A stretch of DNA of 62,323 nucleotides, counting the filler, from Circinaria calcarea (taxonomy: Eukaryota), in the NCBI GenBank assembly GCA_051942165.1. It is 27 parts of 27 records of this genome, joined end to end, with 100 filler letters (N's around TTAATTAATTAA, not from the genome) between each part and the next. Parts side by side here need not be neighbours in the genome. Positions count along the whole stretch, not along the records: positions 50,922 to 53,125 come from JAVECS010003777.1; positions 53,226 to 55,425 come from JAVECS010003778.1; positions 55,526 to 57,725 come from JAVECS010003779.1; positions 57,826 to 60,024 come from JAVECS010003780.1; positions 60,125 to 62,323 come from JAVECS010003781.1; 22 more parts are not named here. The stretch is one strand, 5' to 3'. Positions 50,922-62,323 of the stretch are shown in pieces. The notes beneath the pieces are model-generated. The model was not told the DNA's origin and made no database searches. It saw only the letters and a program-made list of their open reading frames with translations. How positions within the stretch are numbered: the stretch's first letter is position 1; every line of letters starts with the position of its first letter. A program made the position numbers and the translations under genes.

Positions 50922-51625
50922 TTGAAAACAGCAAGAAGAACCACACACCTAGAGATGTGGAGTTTGTGCTAAGGAAGAAGGAGATGAAGGAGGAATACTG
51001 GCCAAGGCTGTTGAAAGAAAGCAAGAAGGTGCATTTCTTGAAGACGGATTTCGACAAGGTACGTTCTCATTGAAAAGAGATGACGAGCTGGTGTATTGAC
51101 TGCGAATAGTGGGTCGACGAGGATGAACAAAATGAGAAACCAGATGATTCAGACTACATGAATAACATGGGCGGAGGAATGGGTGGTATGCCCGGCATGG
51201 GAGACATGGGCGGTATGGGCGGTATGGGTGGTATGGGCGGTATGGGCGGTGATGGCGGTTTTGGCGGCATCGGTTCGTTTTTCCCTTATCACAGTTCTAC
51301 ACACCTTACTAACAAACGACCTCTAGATTTCTCAAAACTTGGCGGTGGCGCAGGAATGCCTGATCTTGGCGATATGGGCGATATGAACATGCCCGCCGGT
51401 GCAGGCGGTGAGGACGTAAGCTCCTCCCCTCTTCTCCCCTTCACATCAACCGCCCTTGAACTAACTAACTCCCCCTCCTTGCAGTCCGACGACGACATGC
51501 CTGGGCTTGAAGACGAAGAAGCAGGAGGCGAAAAGAAAGCATCCGCCACCGAAAAAGTCGCCGACGAAGATGTCATGGGTGTCCCTGGAAGCAAAGACGC
51601 TCCCAAGATCGAAGAGGTCTCTTAG
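50922..51625 (+). CDS. SBA1: Hsp90 co-chaperone p23 (Sba1/Wos2), C-terminal part (5' truncated)
   Basis: YWPRLLKE...FLKTDFDK|WVDEDEQ, GGM repeats, DFSKLGG, DDDMPGLE and KIEEV. Three introns. Confidence 0.93.
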
Positions 51626-52416
51626 AAAGACAATAAGGACGGAAACTTATCTGTATTGTCGACTGTGTCAGATCGAAAGCATACCATGTTATGTGCCTTT
51701 GCGGTTGTCATGGTCGGTTGCAATGCGAATGTGAAATGAACAGGGTAGCGGGCTGCAAAAAGCGAGAAGTTCATTGTGTCTCGGTTCCTTTTAGACGTAA
51801 CTCGATACTGTTGAAAACATGACTGCATACGAATCGAATCAACAGCTCGGGAGCGTGAGTTCTTTCCTCGGTTCCTCAATCCGGTACGGTACCGTCCTCT
51901 ATACATTCCCATCCTCAGACCCCCCTTGCTTGCACATGGACCCAATGGCCTTGTAAACCTTTTTTCGCGTTTACTAGATTTTTTTCGGAGGTCAAGGCTA
52001 ATCTGTCTGTCTGATCTCGTCCCATCTACCGTACCAGTATATCTTGCTTATTCTTTACATGTCTTCATATCCGTATTTCTTTACATATCTTCATATCCTT
52101 ATTCTTGACATGTTTCTTCCAAACTAACGACCCAAAACGAACCAAAACGAACCACCCACCCGGATTGCACGCACGCACGGACGGACGAGACTGGACCGGA
52201 ATACTTTGGAATACGATGGCCCCCCCTCTGATGAAAACACTAACCTATGTATTCGATGCTTGAGTCCAAGTCCAAAAAGGGGGAAAGAGGCGGTTCTCGT
52301 CGCTTTCCTCACTCCTCTTTCCTGTTCTCCTTCTCCTCTTCTGCTCTCCTCCCCTCCCCTGCCCCTCTAATCCCGAGACTTGTCTTTTCTTTCCTCTTCT
52401 TCGACGTCATGGACTG

Positions 52417-52451
52417 TGGTATGGTATGGTATGGTATGGTATGGTATGGTA
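52417..52451. repeat. (TGGTA)7 microsatellite; further simple repeats (AGATCC)n and (ATCA)n nearby
   Basis: Directly visible. Confidence 0.9.
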
Positions 52452-55400
52452 TAGCCCGAAAACTGAACCCCAAACCCAAAAGTACGAAAACGGAGGAACG
52501 AACGGCCAACCCCTAATATCCACGTTGATGATTCCTCCTCTTCCTCTCTCCTGCCTTACCTTACCTTCTTTCCAGCACCTTTCAGCAGCACCTTTTAACC
52601 AGCTTAACCCGACCCACCTCCCTACCTCACACCCCACCCCACCCCACCTTCGATCTAGATCTAAATGCAGATCCAGATCCAGATCCAGATCCAAGCAACC
52701 TCGACAAGAAAAACATCTGGGGTCACGTGATGGAAAATAGCCATATCCATATCTCCCTTCATTCTGTCTCCATCGATTCCTAGACGACTCACCTCACCTC
52801 ACGAAATACCCGTACCGTTACTACCGTTACTACCGTACCGCTGGTCGGAGGATAGGATTTGGGGAGGGAAAAGAACATTGGATTGAACTTCGCGAAGAAC
52901 TTGGCGAGTAATTTTGGCAAGGAAAGAAGGAAAAAAGGTAAAAGGTAAAAGGTATAAAAAGGACATATATGCCGCTAAATCCACGTAACGTACGTATGCT
53001 ACATAAAGGTTTCGAAAGAACGCTCCCAAAGTCCAAAACCGATTCATCAATCAATCAATCAATCAGTGCTCATGGACGCCGTTTGTCTCGGCCTCTGAGT
53101 TCTCTTCCCTTCCCCTATCCCTATCNNNNNNNNNNNNNNNNNNNNNNNNNNNNNNNNNNNNNNNNNNNNTTAATTAATTAANNNNNNNNNNNNNNNNNNN
53201 NNNNNNNNNNNNNNNNNNNNNNNNNGCCAAGGGAAAGATTGGCGGAGGGGAGTAGGGAGGTGGGGGGGTCTCTATAGGGCATTCGGTCCTGGAACTTTCT
53301 TCTTTCCTCTTCCTCCGCTTCCCCCATTTTTTTTCCTTTCTGGGGTTATAGAACCGAGACAGGCGGCCCGGGCCGCCGGGGGGGGCCGGGGGGCCTCAAT
53401 TGGAAATCTACGGATGAGTGTGACAGTGACAGCACGGGAGAGAATGGGGATGGAGAGGGAGAGACACATATTCTTAGGAGGTAGGGTGTGGGTGAGAACT
53501 AGCCGTCCGGTCTGCCCTTACTTCTTGGTCCATGGGATCGGGTTGGATCCGGGGGGGAAAAAGGGTGATCTGAGGAATGTTAGAAGAGGGAAGAGTCCCA
53601 GTCCCCCCTGCCGGACCGGGCGATTGGGGACGCTTTTCTTGTATTTGTTCTTTCCCCCCCTAAATGCCCTATGCATTCGAGGGAGGGTGTCCGGGAACTT
53701 TGTGCTCTCACTCTCCGTTTTTCCCTTCCTTTTTCTAATCCCCCCTTTCTCCGGCTTCGTTTCGCCCTCCGGTCCTTGTTTTTGGCCTATCGCTGCGCTA
53801 TGCGTTGGAATTGATACGAATATAAAAAGGAGAGGGGGGGAGAGGAGGGAAGGGAATAGGAAAAAGAAGAGGAGGAAGGGAGGAGGGAAGGAGGGAGGAA
53901 ATGCAAAACAGGGTTTCTCTGCAGGATGAGCTGTGGGTAGGGGCAGTGTAGGGAAGCGAACTGTAATCGGAATAGAGTGTCATTGCCTGAAATGCTCTGC
54001 TTTGATCCCGATTTTTTCGCGCGCTCTCTCTCTCTATCCCCACACCATGCCCCACATCTTTACAAGTAACAAAAAAACTCACCGCTGAGAATACAAGATT
54101 GATGAGAATAAAATGACCGCATGCTGCATCTTTGCTCTTTTCCTCCCCCTTTCGTCCAACCCAATCCTCGTCCCATTTCAAACTCCATCCGCAATCAGAG
54201 ACCCCGATTCATAGAGATTCAAACAAAACCGTTTATTCTCTTCCCCTCAACGTTCTCGTTCTCCCCCTCTACCCCATCTTCCCCCCACCAAGTTCTTACC
54301 TTGTTCTCAAGCAAGTCATCATCCTTCTGCCCTGTCCCTATTCCTCTCTGTGGAAGAATTCAAGACGGGAGAGTCAGGAGCGAGGGCGGCTCCCGGGGGT
54401 TTCGTGCTGGGTAGAGCTGCTGACGATCTCGCTGCCCGCACGTCTTTTTTGGCACCGAAGTATATCGGAAGTAATGTTCGAGGGGGGTTCAAACTGGGGA
54501 GGGTTCACGTCTTAATGTTCCCCGAATCTGGACCTGAAACTTGGTTACCAAGTCCCTTTAAACAAAGAGGCAAAACGCGTGCCTCCCGCACCCTTAAACC
54601 CAAAAAAGCAAAAGCAGCGCGAGGACCTCCTCATCTCCCCACACCCGCTTGGATTTCCTCCCATCTTTCATAACCGACTTTAACTTCCCCTCCATTTCGC
54701 GCCTGATACTCCCGCTCTCCAAACGTATCCTGAACCTCCTCCCCTACTCCCCCGCCTATCCCTTCTCCTAAACTCTACCCCTGTTAGTCTTCACGTTCCT
54801 CGGCTAAAGGTTAGGTTTGCAGAGTAATGAGAGTGAGAGTGAAAATGAGAGTTAGGTTGACGGTGTAGGGGTGGGTACAAGAAAGGAGAGTCGAATCTAG
54901 ACTAGATTACGACTGATGGGGAGAAAACAAGGAAGGAGAGGGAGCTGCGAGGGGGAAGAGGGAGCAGGGTGAGGGGAGAGGGAGATAAAAGCCCCAGGGG
55001 AGGAGAGGGGCTGGGAGAGAGGAAGATGGAAAGGACGGAGAGAAAAGAATAGAATGAAATACGGACTTTCATGGCTCCCAACCCTATCACTTCTTACCTT
55101 CTTCCTCAGCCTCTCAATTGTTTTTCCTCTTACCCTTCGCCCATGCTCGAATCCGGGACACGACTTTCCCTGCAACATGAGAACGGCACGTAAAAAAAAG
55201 TGACGCCTCTCCACCAACCCTCCATTCTTGCTCTCTATGCTTTCCATCCTTCCCTGCTGTTTCTCTCCCCTCTCTTTCCCTCCTCCCTCCTATTTCACTC
55301 CCTTCCTTCCATTCCCTAGCTCAAAGCAGAAGTATATCAACACCCAAGATTAGGTAATTCGACGGTCGATGAGAAGGCTCAGTGTTCCCCCCCTTCCATT

Positions 55401-55525
55401 TTCCATCCCCCACGCTTTTCCATCCNNNNNNNNNNNNNNNNNNNNNNNNNNNNNNNNNNNNNNNNNNNNTTAATTAATTAANNNNNNNNNNNNNNNNNNN
55501 NNNNNNNNNNNNNNNNNNNNNNNNN

Positions 55526-57725
55526 AGGAAAGCATACCTTTGTAGTGAAGACTGATGACAAAGGTCCCCGGTAGAGGACTTGTGAAATTGAAGAATATAT
55601 TTGCGCGCCGATTTTCTGGTACATTGCTCTTCTGAATGACTCCCTCCTTCTCCAACTGCTGGTGAGTGAACTTGTACGGACCAAGGACCTGCTGCTTCTG
55701 CTGCTTTCTTTGTTTGCCCTCTGACTGACTCCGTACATTGTGAAGGTAAGACTTGTAAGTCTCGAGCTGCCCGACAAGGTAGGTGTTGTGATCCCGGATC
55801 GTCATATACACCTCTTCAAGCTTTCGAGACTCCTCGACGACTTTATCTTTGAGCGAGCCTAGGTGAACTAGCTCCTGTTCAACCTCGTCGCGTAAGAGAC
55901 TAAAGTGATCGGCCTGGTCGATCACACCATACTCTTGAAGCTGGTGGAGAAGCTCGATAGTCCGGATGCCTTTCCTAACCATTACGGCATCGTTCTTCAG
56001 CGTCGCTGCAGCTTCGGCCACACGGTCGAGCCGCAGTGGTCTCCTCGTGACGTTTGAGTTCGGAGGTAGGGATCGCATAATCTGGACAAACGTAGCCTTG
56101 GCTTCCATAAAGTAGACTTCTTCCGGCGTGATGTCAAGGGCAGAGGTGAGATCATCAATCGCAGTCTCCCATTTACTGAATAGCGGTAAGTTGATCGCCC
56201 TATTCTCTTTTCTAGGTAGCTGTGCCGGTGCAGGACCAAGTTCCTGCAGTATTACTTTGAGATGCGAGTGCTCGTCTTTAGCCAGCTCACGGGTATGCTT
56301 CTCAAGTAAAGCGTGAGTGGCATACACTTCATTCAAGGTAATTGATAATTCCAGATCCTTCTTGGAAAGAGCCACGTAATTGTCCATTTCCAAGCTTTCG
56401 TAAAAGTCTTGTACTTCGCAGAGATCAAGCAAAAACTTGTTGACGCGCTCCTTGTTCTTGTTGATGAACGGCTGCAGCTTTGCCATGTACGGCTCCTTGT
56501 TGTAGGAAGGCTTGTTGGCCAGGTTCTGCAGCATCTTTGCGATGAGAGTCAGTGCACGCCTCGGATGATCAGCCGGTGTGCCATCCACAAGCATGTAAGA
56601 CCTCGGAGTAACGATCGCAGGGTTGATGAACCTTAAGAAAAAGAAGCCACCTATCAGGGTACAAATCGTCTGGTCTTGAGCGTCCGGGTATTTCCGCCGC
56701 GACAGACTCCGAATTTGCTTGCATATCCACCTAATACCGTATGGTGTTTCGTCTAGCCCACTGATGATGGTATCTAAGAATGATGTTGCTATCTCCATGA
56801 GCATTGTTAGCCGTGGTGCTATGATGGCTTGAACTTTAGTGTTCTCCTCCGCTTGCTCTGCCGTCACACTTCTGGGTAGATCGTCAGCGAGAGTGTCGGT
56901 GTTCTCCTCAGCCTGCGCCATTATAGATTCGTAGACCTTCAGCGGGTTGATCTCAAGGTCCGTGTCTTTCAGCTCCATTAATTTGTTGATCTTGTCCCTG
57001 AGGATCTCTTTCAGATATGTCTGCCCGGGGCCGCGTCGGGTATACGTCGTCATCATTCTTGAGACTGGGGTGTTCGCACGGAGCAAGGAAGAGTACTCGA
57101 TGGTATTGTCGAATTGGTAATTCAGCACCGACTGAAACATTGTCAATAGGAGGTGCTCTTCCCGGCTTTCGTATTGGTTACCATAGATGGTAAACATTAC
57201 AGTCTGTAGTAACGAATCGATCTCGGCCATTGTAACTAGACGGCATAGATGGGCAATGTGTCGCGGCTCCGACTGAAGCAGGAAAAGGAGATTACCGTAT
57301 TTCTGCGTCTTGTCATCGTTGGGAAAGAAGCCTTCCTGGAGGTCTACGGCATCTTCGAGATGGTTTGCGACTTCGTTCTGCTATAAGCAAGTGGTCAACA
57401 ATCGGACTGGCACAGACAGAAGGGAAGAACCAACTTCTTCTAATGCGATGCGATTCTGGATCAACAGCGCGATTCTCGAATCGAGATATCTAACGTCTTT
57501 CTCTAGGACGAAATTCTTCTTGGACTGGCTTGATATTTTTGTTTTCAGATCTCGTAGTATCTTCTGGGCTATGGGCTCTTTAGCAACAGCTCCGGAAAAG
57601 GTCCAGAGAGTCTACTTACCTCGTGCTAGATCATCCTCAATCTCCAAATCCTTGTCCTTTGCCGACATGGACAGATAGAGCGCAGTATAGGAGTAACGCT
57701 TAGAATGCCGCCCTGAGCTTCGGCC
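55526..57725 (-). CDS. gapA: Ras GTPase-activating protein (GapA / S. pombe Gap1-like; both ends truncated)
   Basis: [34 protein letters not shown] and the RasGAP-C region. Introns near 57380-57432 and 57567-57619. Confidence 0.93.
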
Positions 57726-57986
57726 NNNNNNNNNNNNNNNNNNNNNNNNNNNNNNNNNNNNNNNNNNNNTTAATTAATTAANNNNNNNNNNNNNNNNNNN
57801 NNNNNNNNNNNNNNNNNNNNNNNNNGAGGAGGGGAAGGGTGTAAAGGGGGGTGTGAGTTCTGGGAGGATCTAGACTACAGCATGGATGAGGTTGAAGATA
57901 GGATGGCTAGGGTTTAAGTGGTAGGTATGGTGATAATTAAGATCTTATGCCGAGCTTTACTTATCGAATGCCAGCAGTAGTACTTC

Positions 57987-58883
57987 TTAGATAGCCCACC
58001 AAATCGTCACGCGGCATCTTTCAATGGTACTGGAGTACGGATTGTCGATACACGCAACTCGAATCTCTAATCTATCGCCAACCTCTAAGGTGCGCACAAA
58101 CTTTGCAATTTGATTTTGCTGCGCTTGCCGAAAAGGATCGAAATAGAGACCGGTATCGTAATCGGTATCGTAAAGGTTGTATGGGACACCATCCCAAGTT
58201 ACGTTGTGCATCTGGTACTTCTCTTTGCCCTGCCAGTTGCAGATCCTCTTGCGATTATGGTACTCGTCACCTCGCTGTATCAGAACATCGCACCAACTGC
58301 TTGGATAGGTGAACCAGTGTGGGATCTCGTACTCGACTTCCTTCTTGTCCCTTGACAGGAATTCGAACTGAATTTTCCGAAAGGGATGCTTTCCCTTCGG
58401 AGATGAATTTAATGTTAATTTTCGCGACTTTCCCTCTGTGAATGCTCCTCTGATCCATTGAGGCAATATCTGTACTAAGCCCTGGACCCACCAATTCGGC
58501 TGCACCCCAGAATTCGTTTTCTGTTCAAGTCCTAGTGGCGCAGTTTGCATAACGACAGCTTCCTTGAGATCCCAGTTTTGTACATATGTGACGCCGTCGG
58601 GCTGCACTGCGTATCCGCAGACCCGTACTTTATGTGAAATCTGTCTATCTTCGATGCTATAAACCCAATACTCCGCATAGTCCAGAATTTGCTCGACAAC
58701 TTTCACTGGGAGGTTCATAGATGGACCTTCCAGCAGATACTTAAGAGCCAGAACATCGTGGAGCGAATGGTTTACCGAAGTGGGCCGCTGTTTCTGAATC
58801 AGTTGTTTGCTCAGGAAATAAGGGATATTTGTAATGCTGTACCTTGGGAATGTCTTTGCGTCTGTTGCCGGTGTACATGTCAC
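57987..58883 (-). CDS. Hypothetical fungal protein (~300 aa; true start uncertain, possibly ATG at 58932 plus an intron)
   Basis: Long ORF with LPVKVVEQILDYAEYW, PFRKIQFEFLSRD, HNVTW and FVRTLEVGDRL...VTIWWA. Confidence 0.7.
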   Translation of the reverse strand: MTCTPATDAKTFPRYSITNIPYFLSKQLIQKQRPTSVNHSLHDVLALKYLLEGPSMNLPVKVVEQILDYAEYWVYSIEDRQISHKVRVCGYAVQPDGVTYVQNWDLKEAVVMQTAPLGLEQKTNSGVQPNWWVQGLVQILPQWIRGAFTEGKSRKLTLNSSPKGKHPFRKIQFEFLSRDKKEVEYEIPHWFTYPSSWCDVLIQRGDEYHNRKRICNWQGKEKYQMHNVTWDGVPYNLYDTDYDTGLYFDPFRQAQQNQIAKFVRTLEVGDRLEIRVACIDNPYSSTIERCRVTIWWAI

Positions 58884-59638
58884 ATACTGAATCGACTATA
58901 CGGCTTTCTGCGAGAGAAGATAGCAAAGCCATGATGTATATATATATGGATAAGTATGAGATTCATTCATGATGTATCGCGACAATTAGAGGGTGAATCT
59001 GCTGACGCCTGAAACACGAGGAGAAGGCTAGATAACCGCAAGAGACTTTATGCGCCTGTGCCCGGGAACGTTTGGCTCTCGTTGAGCGAGCGTCCAAAGG
59101 AAACGCAGGAATTTACGCATTATGGAAGTAGTTTGTATGGTCATTCTTAGCTGACTCAAAGAGTTGGACAAACTGACAATCGATGTTTGCAATAAGAATT
59201 GATGAGCATTGATGAGCATTGTTGAGGACAACGACACTTTTGGTTAGCCCAACCGAGCCGTCTCATATTTAACTCACAAACGTCCTGCTGTATATAATGA
59301 TGAGCCCTTATGTCAGGCATCTTGTATCAACGGTTATTGGTTGCCAAATTTATACATGTGAACTTTTGACAGCGATTGTAACTTGCTGTCTCCGTCTTGA
59401 AACGAACATAGCTGGTCAAAGATAGACAGAATTGTGCAAGGATAAGTAGAGCGATGTGGTATTATGGTAGGCCCAGATTGGCGAGATCTGGTCCAGGGTA
59501 TATATGATACGTCATTTTCGTTTAAACTTGCAGACACTAATTCAGTCCACGCGGTGCGCGTTCAGAGCAGAGGACTGGCTGAAAGTCCCTTGAGTGTGAT
59601 CTTCTTGAACACCAAGCCTACTACATATCCTATTAAGC

Positions 59639-60024
59639 ATGCCCCCCTTTATCCCTCGAAAGCGTCGACAGTCAATGCCACCACCAGAAGCTCCAACTCT
59701 CAAAAAGGCTAAGAAGCCCAGTCTCTTCGACACTCTAGACAAGCCGACAGCAGGAGCATCAGTCCAAGACAACAAAGCCTTCCTTGAAAAGCTCGATGAC
59801 TCTGGAGATGAATCATCGCTCAGCACTGTCAGCAGCTCAGAGTTCGAGGACGCCACGCCGGTAGACAAGTTCCCCGACCAGAGCAAAGCAGCCGACGATG
59901 TGGAGGAAGATGAAGAAGTAAATTGGGAGGACGCCATACAGCTAGCTCCTTCTACTCCCACCAGATCCGCGGAGCCAACTGGAGACCTTGAAATCACCTT
60001 CGATAAGGGCGGCCATCACATAGG
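59639..60024 (+). CDS. RAD4: DNA repair protein Rad4/XPC family, N-terminus (3' truncated)
   Basis: MPPFIPRKR...KPSLFDTLD...SSSEFED...NWEDAI...GDLEIT, as recalled for Pezizomycotina Rad4 N-termini. The conserved core is not in the contig. Confidence 0.65.
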
Positions 60025-60124
60025 NNNNNNNNNNNNNNNNNNNNNNNNNNNNNNNNNNNNNNNNNNNNTTAATTAATTAANNNNNNNNNNNNNNNNNNNN
60101 NNNNNNNNNNNNNNNNNNNNNNNN

Positions 60125-61384
<1,260 letters not shown>

Positions 61385-61762
61385 GCACCGATACGATGGG
61401 GAAACTAATGGCGGGATGAGCGTTTGTTGATTTTTAAAAGATAGAAGGAAGGCAGGTGCCTTTGATCTCTGTCCCTTAGATGAGTGTGCAAGCATAATGA
61501 GAGCTCAACGGGCATGGCTTTGTCGACCTAGGAATGAGAAAAGCGAAAACCATCGAACCCAAGTCCGTCGTTCTTAGCGTTACCCATCCGTGACTGCTTC
61601 CGCCAACGTAATTAAATAATTAGACGCCCCACCAGCAACGCCTATGCCACCGATGTACCCTTAAGCCTTCCCCACCAGCATCCCAATCTGCAAAACTCCA
61701 CGCCTCCCTTTCATACAACCGCACTAGCGCCTGCCCCGCTTCCATCCTAATGACAGGCACCC

Positions 61763-62278
61763 TCAATCTCTCGTCTGCACCTTGTGATCGCCCGCAACCG
61801 CCTCTTGATAACTCGGGGGCACGCCTTCTTCTTCTTCCTCCCTCCTCCCCGCTTGTCCCTCAACCCTGCTACTTCCCTGCTGCTGTACCTGCCGTCCCTC
61901 CCCCGTTCCCGTCGTCGTCGTCGTCCCCGTCGTCCCCGTCGTCCCATATCCCTGCCCACCCGCCGGCGCCGACGCCGGCACCGGCACCCTAGCGACATAA
62001 TACCTCGTCACCCTCTCCTGGCCCCTATACCCGCTCTCCCGCTGATACTCGGCCTCCCCGATGCCGTCCCCGCCGAATTCCTCGTCCGAGTACGGGTCCG
62101 GGTACTTGGCGATAATGTACCAGGCGTGCAGCAGGCCGGGCAGGTAGCCGAGCATGCAGAGGAGCAGGTTCAGCAGGGAGTCGAAGGAGCAGAGGGAGCG
62201 CTTGATCCAGACGGCGATGGGGGGGAAGAGGATGGCGATGAGGGCGAGGAAGAGGTCGGCGGAGGAGCAGGAGGACAT
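61763..62278 (-). CDS. Pmp3/UPF0057 family small membrane protein with a C-terminal PPxY motif
   Basis: AILFPPIAVW...NLLLCMLGYLPGLLHAWYII and a PPSY...GDHKVQ terminus. Confidence 0.9.
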   Translation of the reverse strand: MSSCSSADLFLALIAILFPPIAVWIKRSLCSFDSLLNLLLCMLGYLPGLLHAWYIIAKYPDPYSDEEFGGDGIGEAEYQRESGYRGQERVTRYYVARVPVPASAPAGGQGYGTTGTTGTTTTTGTGEGRQVQQQGSSRVEGQAGRREEEEEGVPPSYQEAVAGDHKVQTRD

Positions 62279-62323
62279 GGTTTTTTGAAAGGTTTGGAGG
62301 TGGGGTGGGGGTTTGTTGGGTGG

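Overview
This is not one continuous locus. It is a pseudo-scaffold of 27 short contigs (about 2,232 down to 2,199 bp, sorted by decreasing length) joined by an artificial 100-nt spacer (N44-TTAATTAATTAA-N44). Adjacency is therefore meaningful only inside a contig. The DNA is from a filamentous ascomycete (Pezizomycotina), based on short GT-AG introns with CTRAC/CTAAC branch sites and on pacC, class VI chitin synthase, Pth11-like and QDE-1-like genes. Most contigs carry fragments of ordinary genes: AP-3 delta, BNA4, chitin synthase, thymidylate synthase, Mep/Amt, SRF1, NOG2, pacC, CYP52-like P450, p23/SBA1, RasGAP, RAD4, GAL10 and PMP3. The features that gene calls do not explain are: (1) a ~2-kb diverged palindrome carrying an intact and a frameshifted copy of an unknown gene; (2) a family of hAT-like non-autonomous elements present on two contigs, one with a 7/8 8-bp target-site duplication; (3) two further MITE-like elements, one with RIP-like mismatches; (4) a broken 5S rRNA copy with a footprint-like insertion; (5) a HerA-like ATPase next to a decayed nuclease-like gene; (6) an unusual 300-nt BNA4 intron; and (7) several accessory genes with premature stops. 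I cannot support a complete new multi-gene system from this window. Family assignments come from recalled motifs, not database searches.
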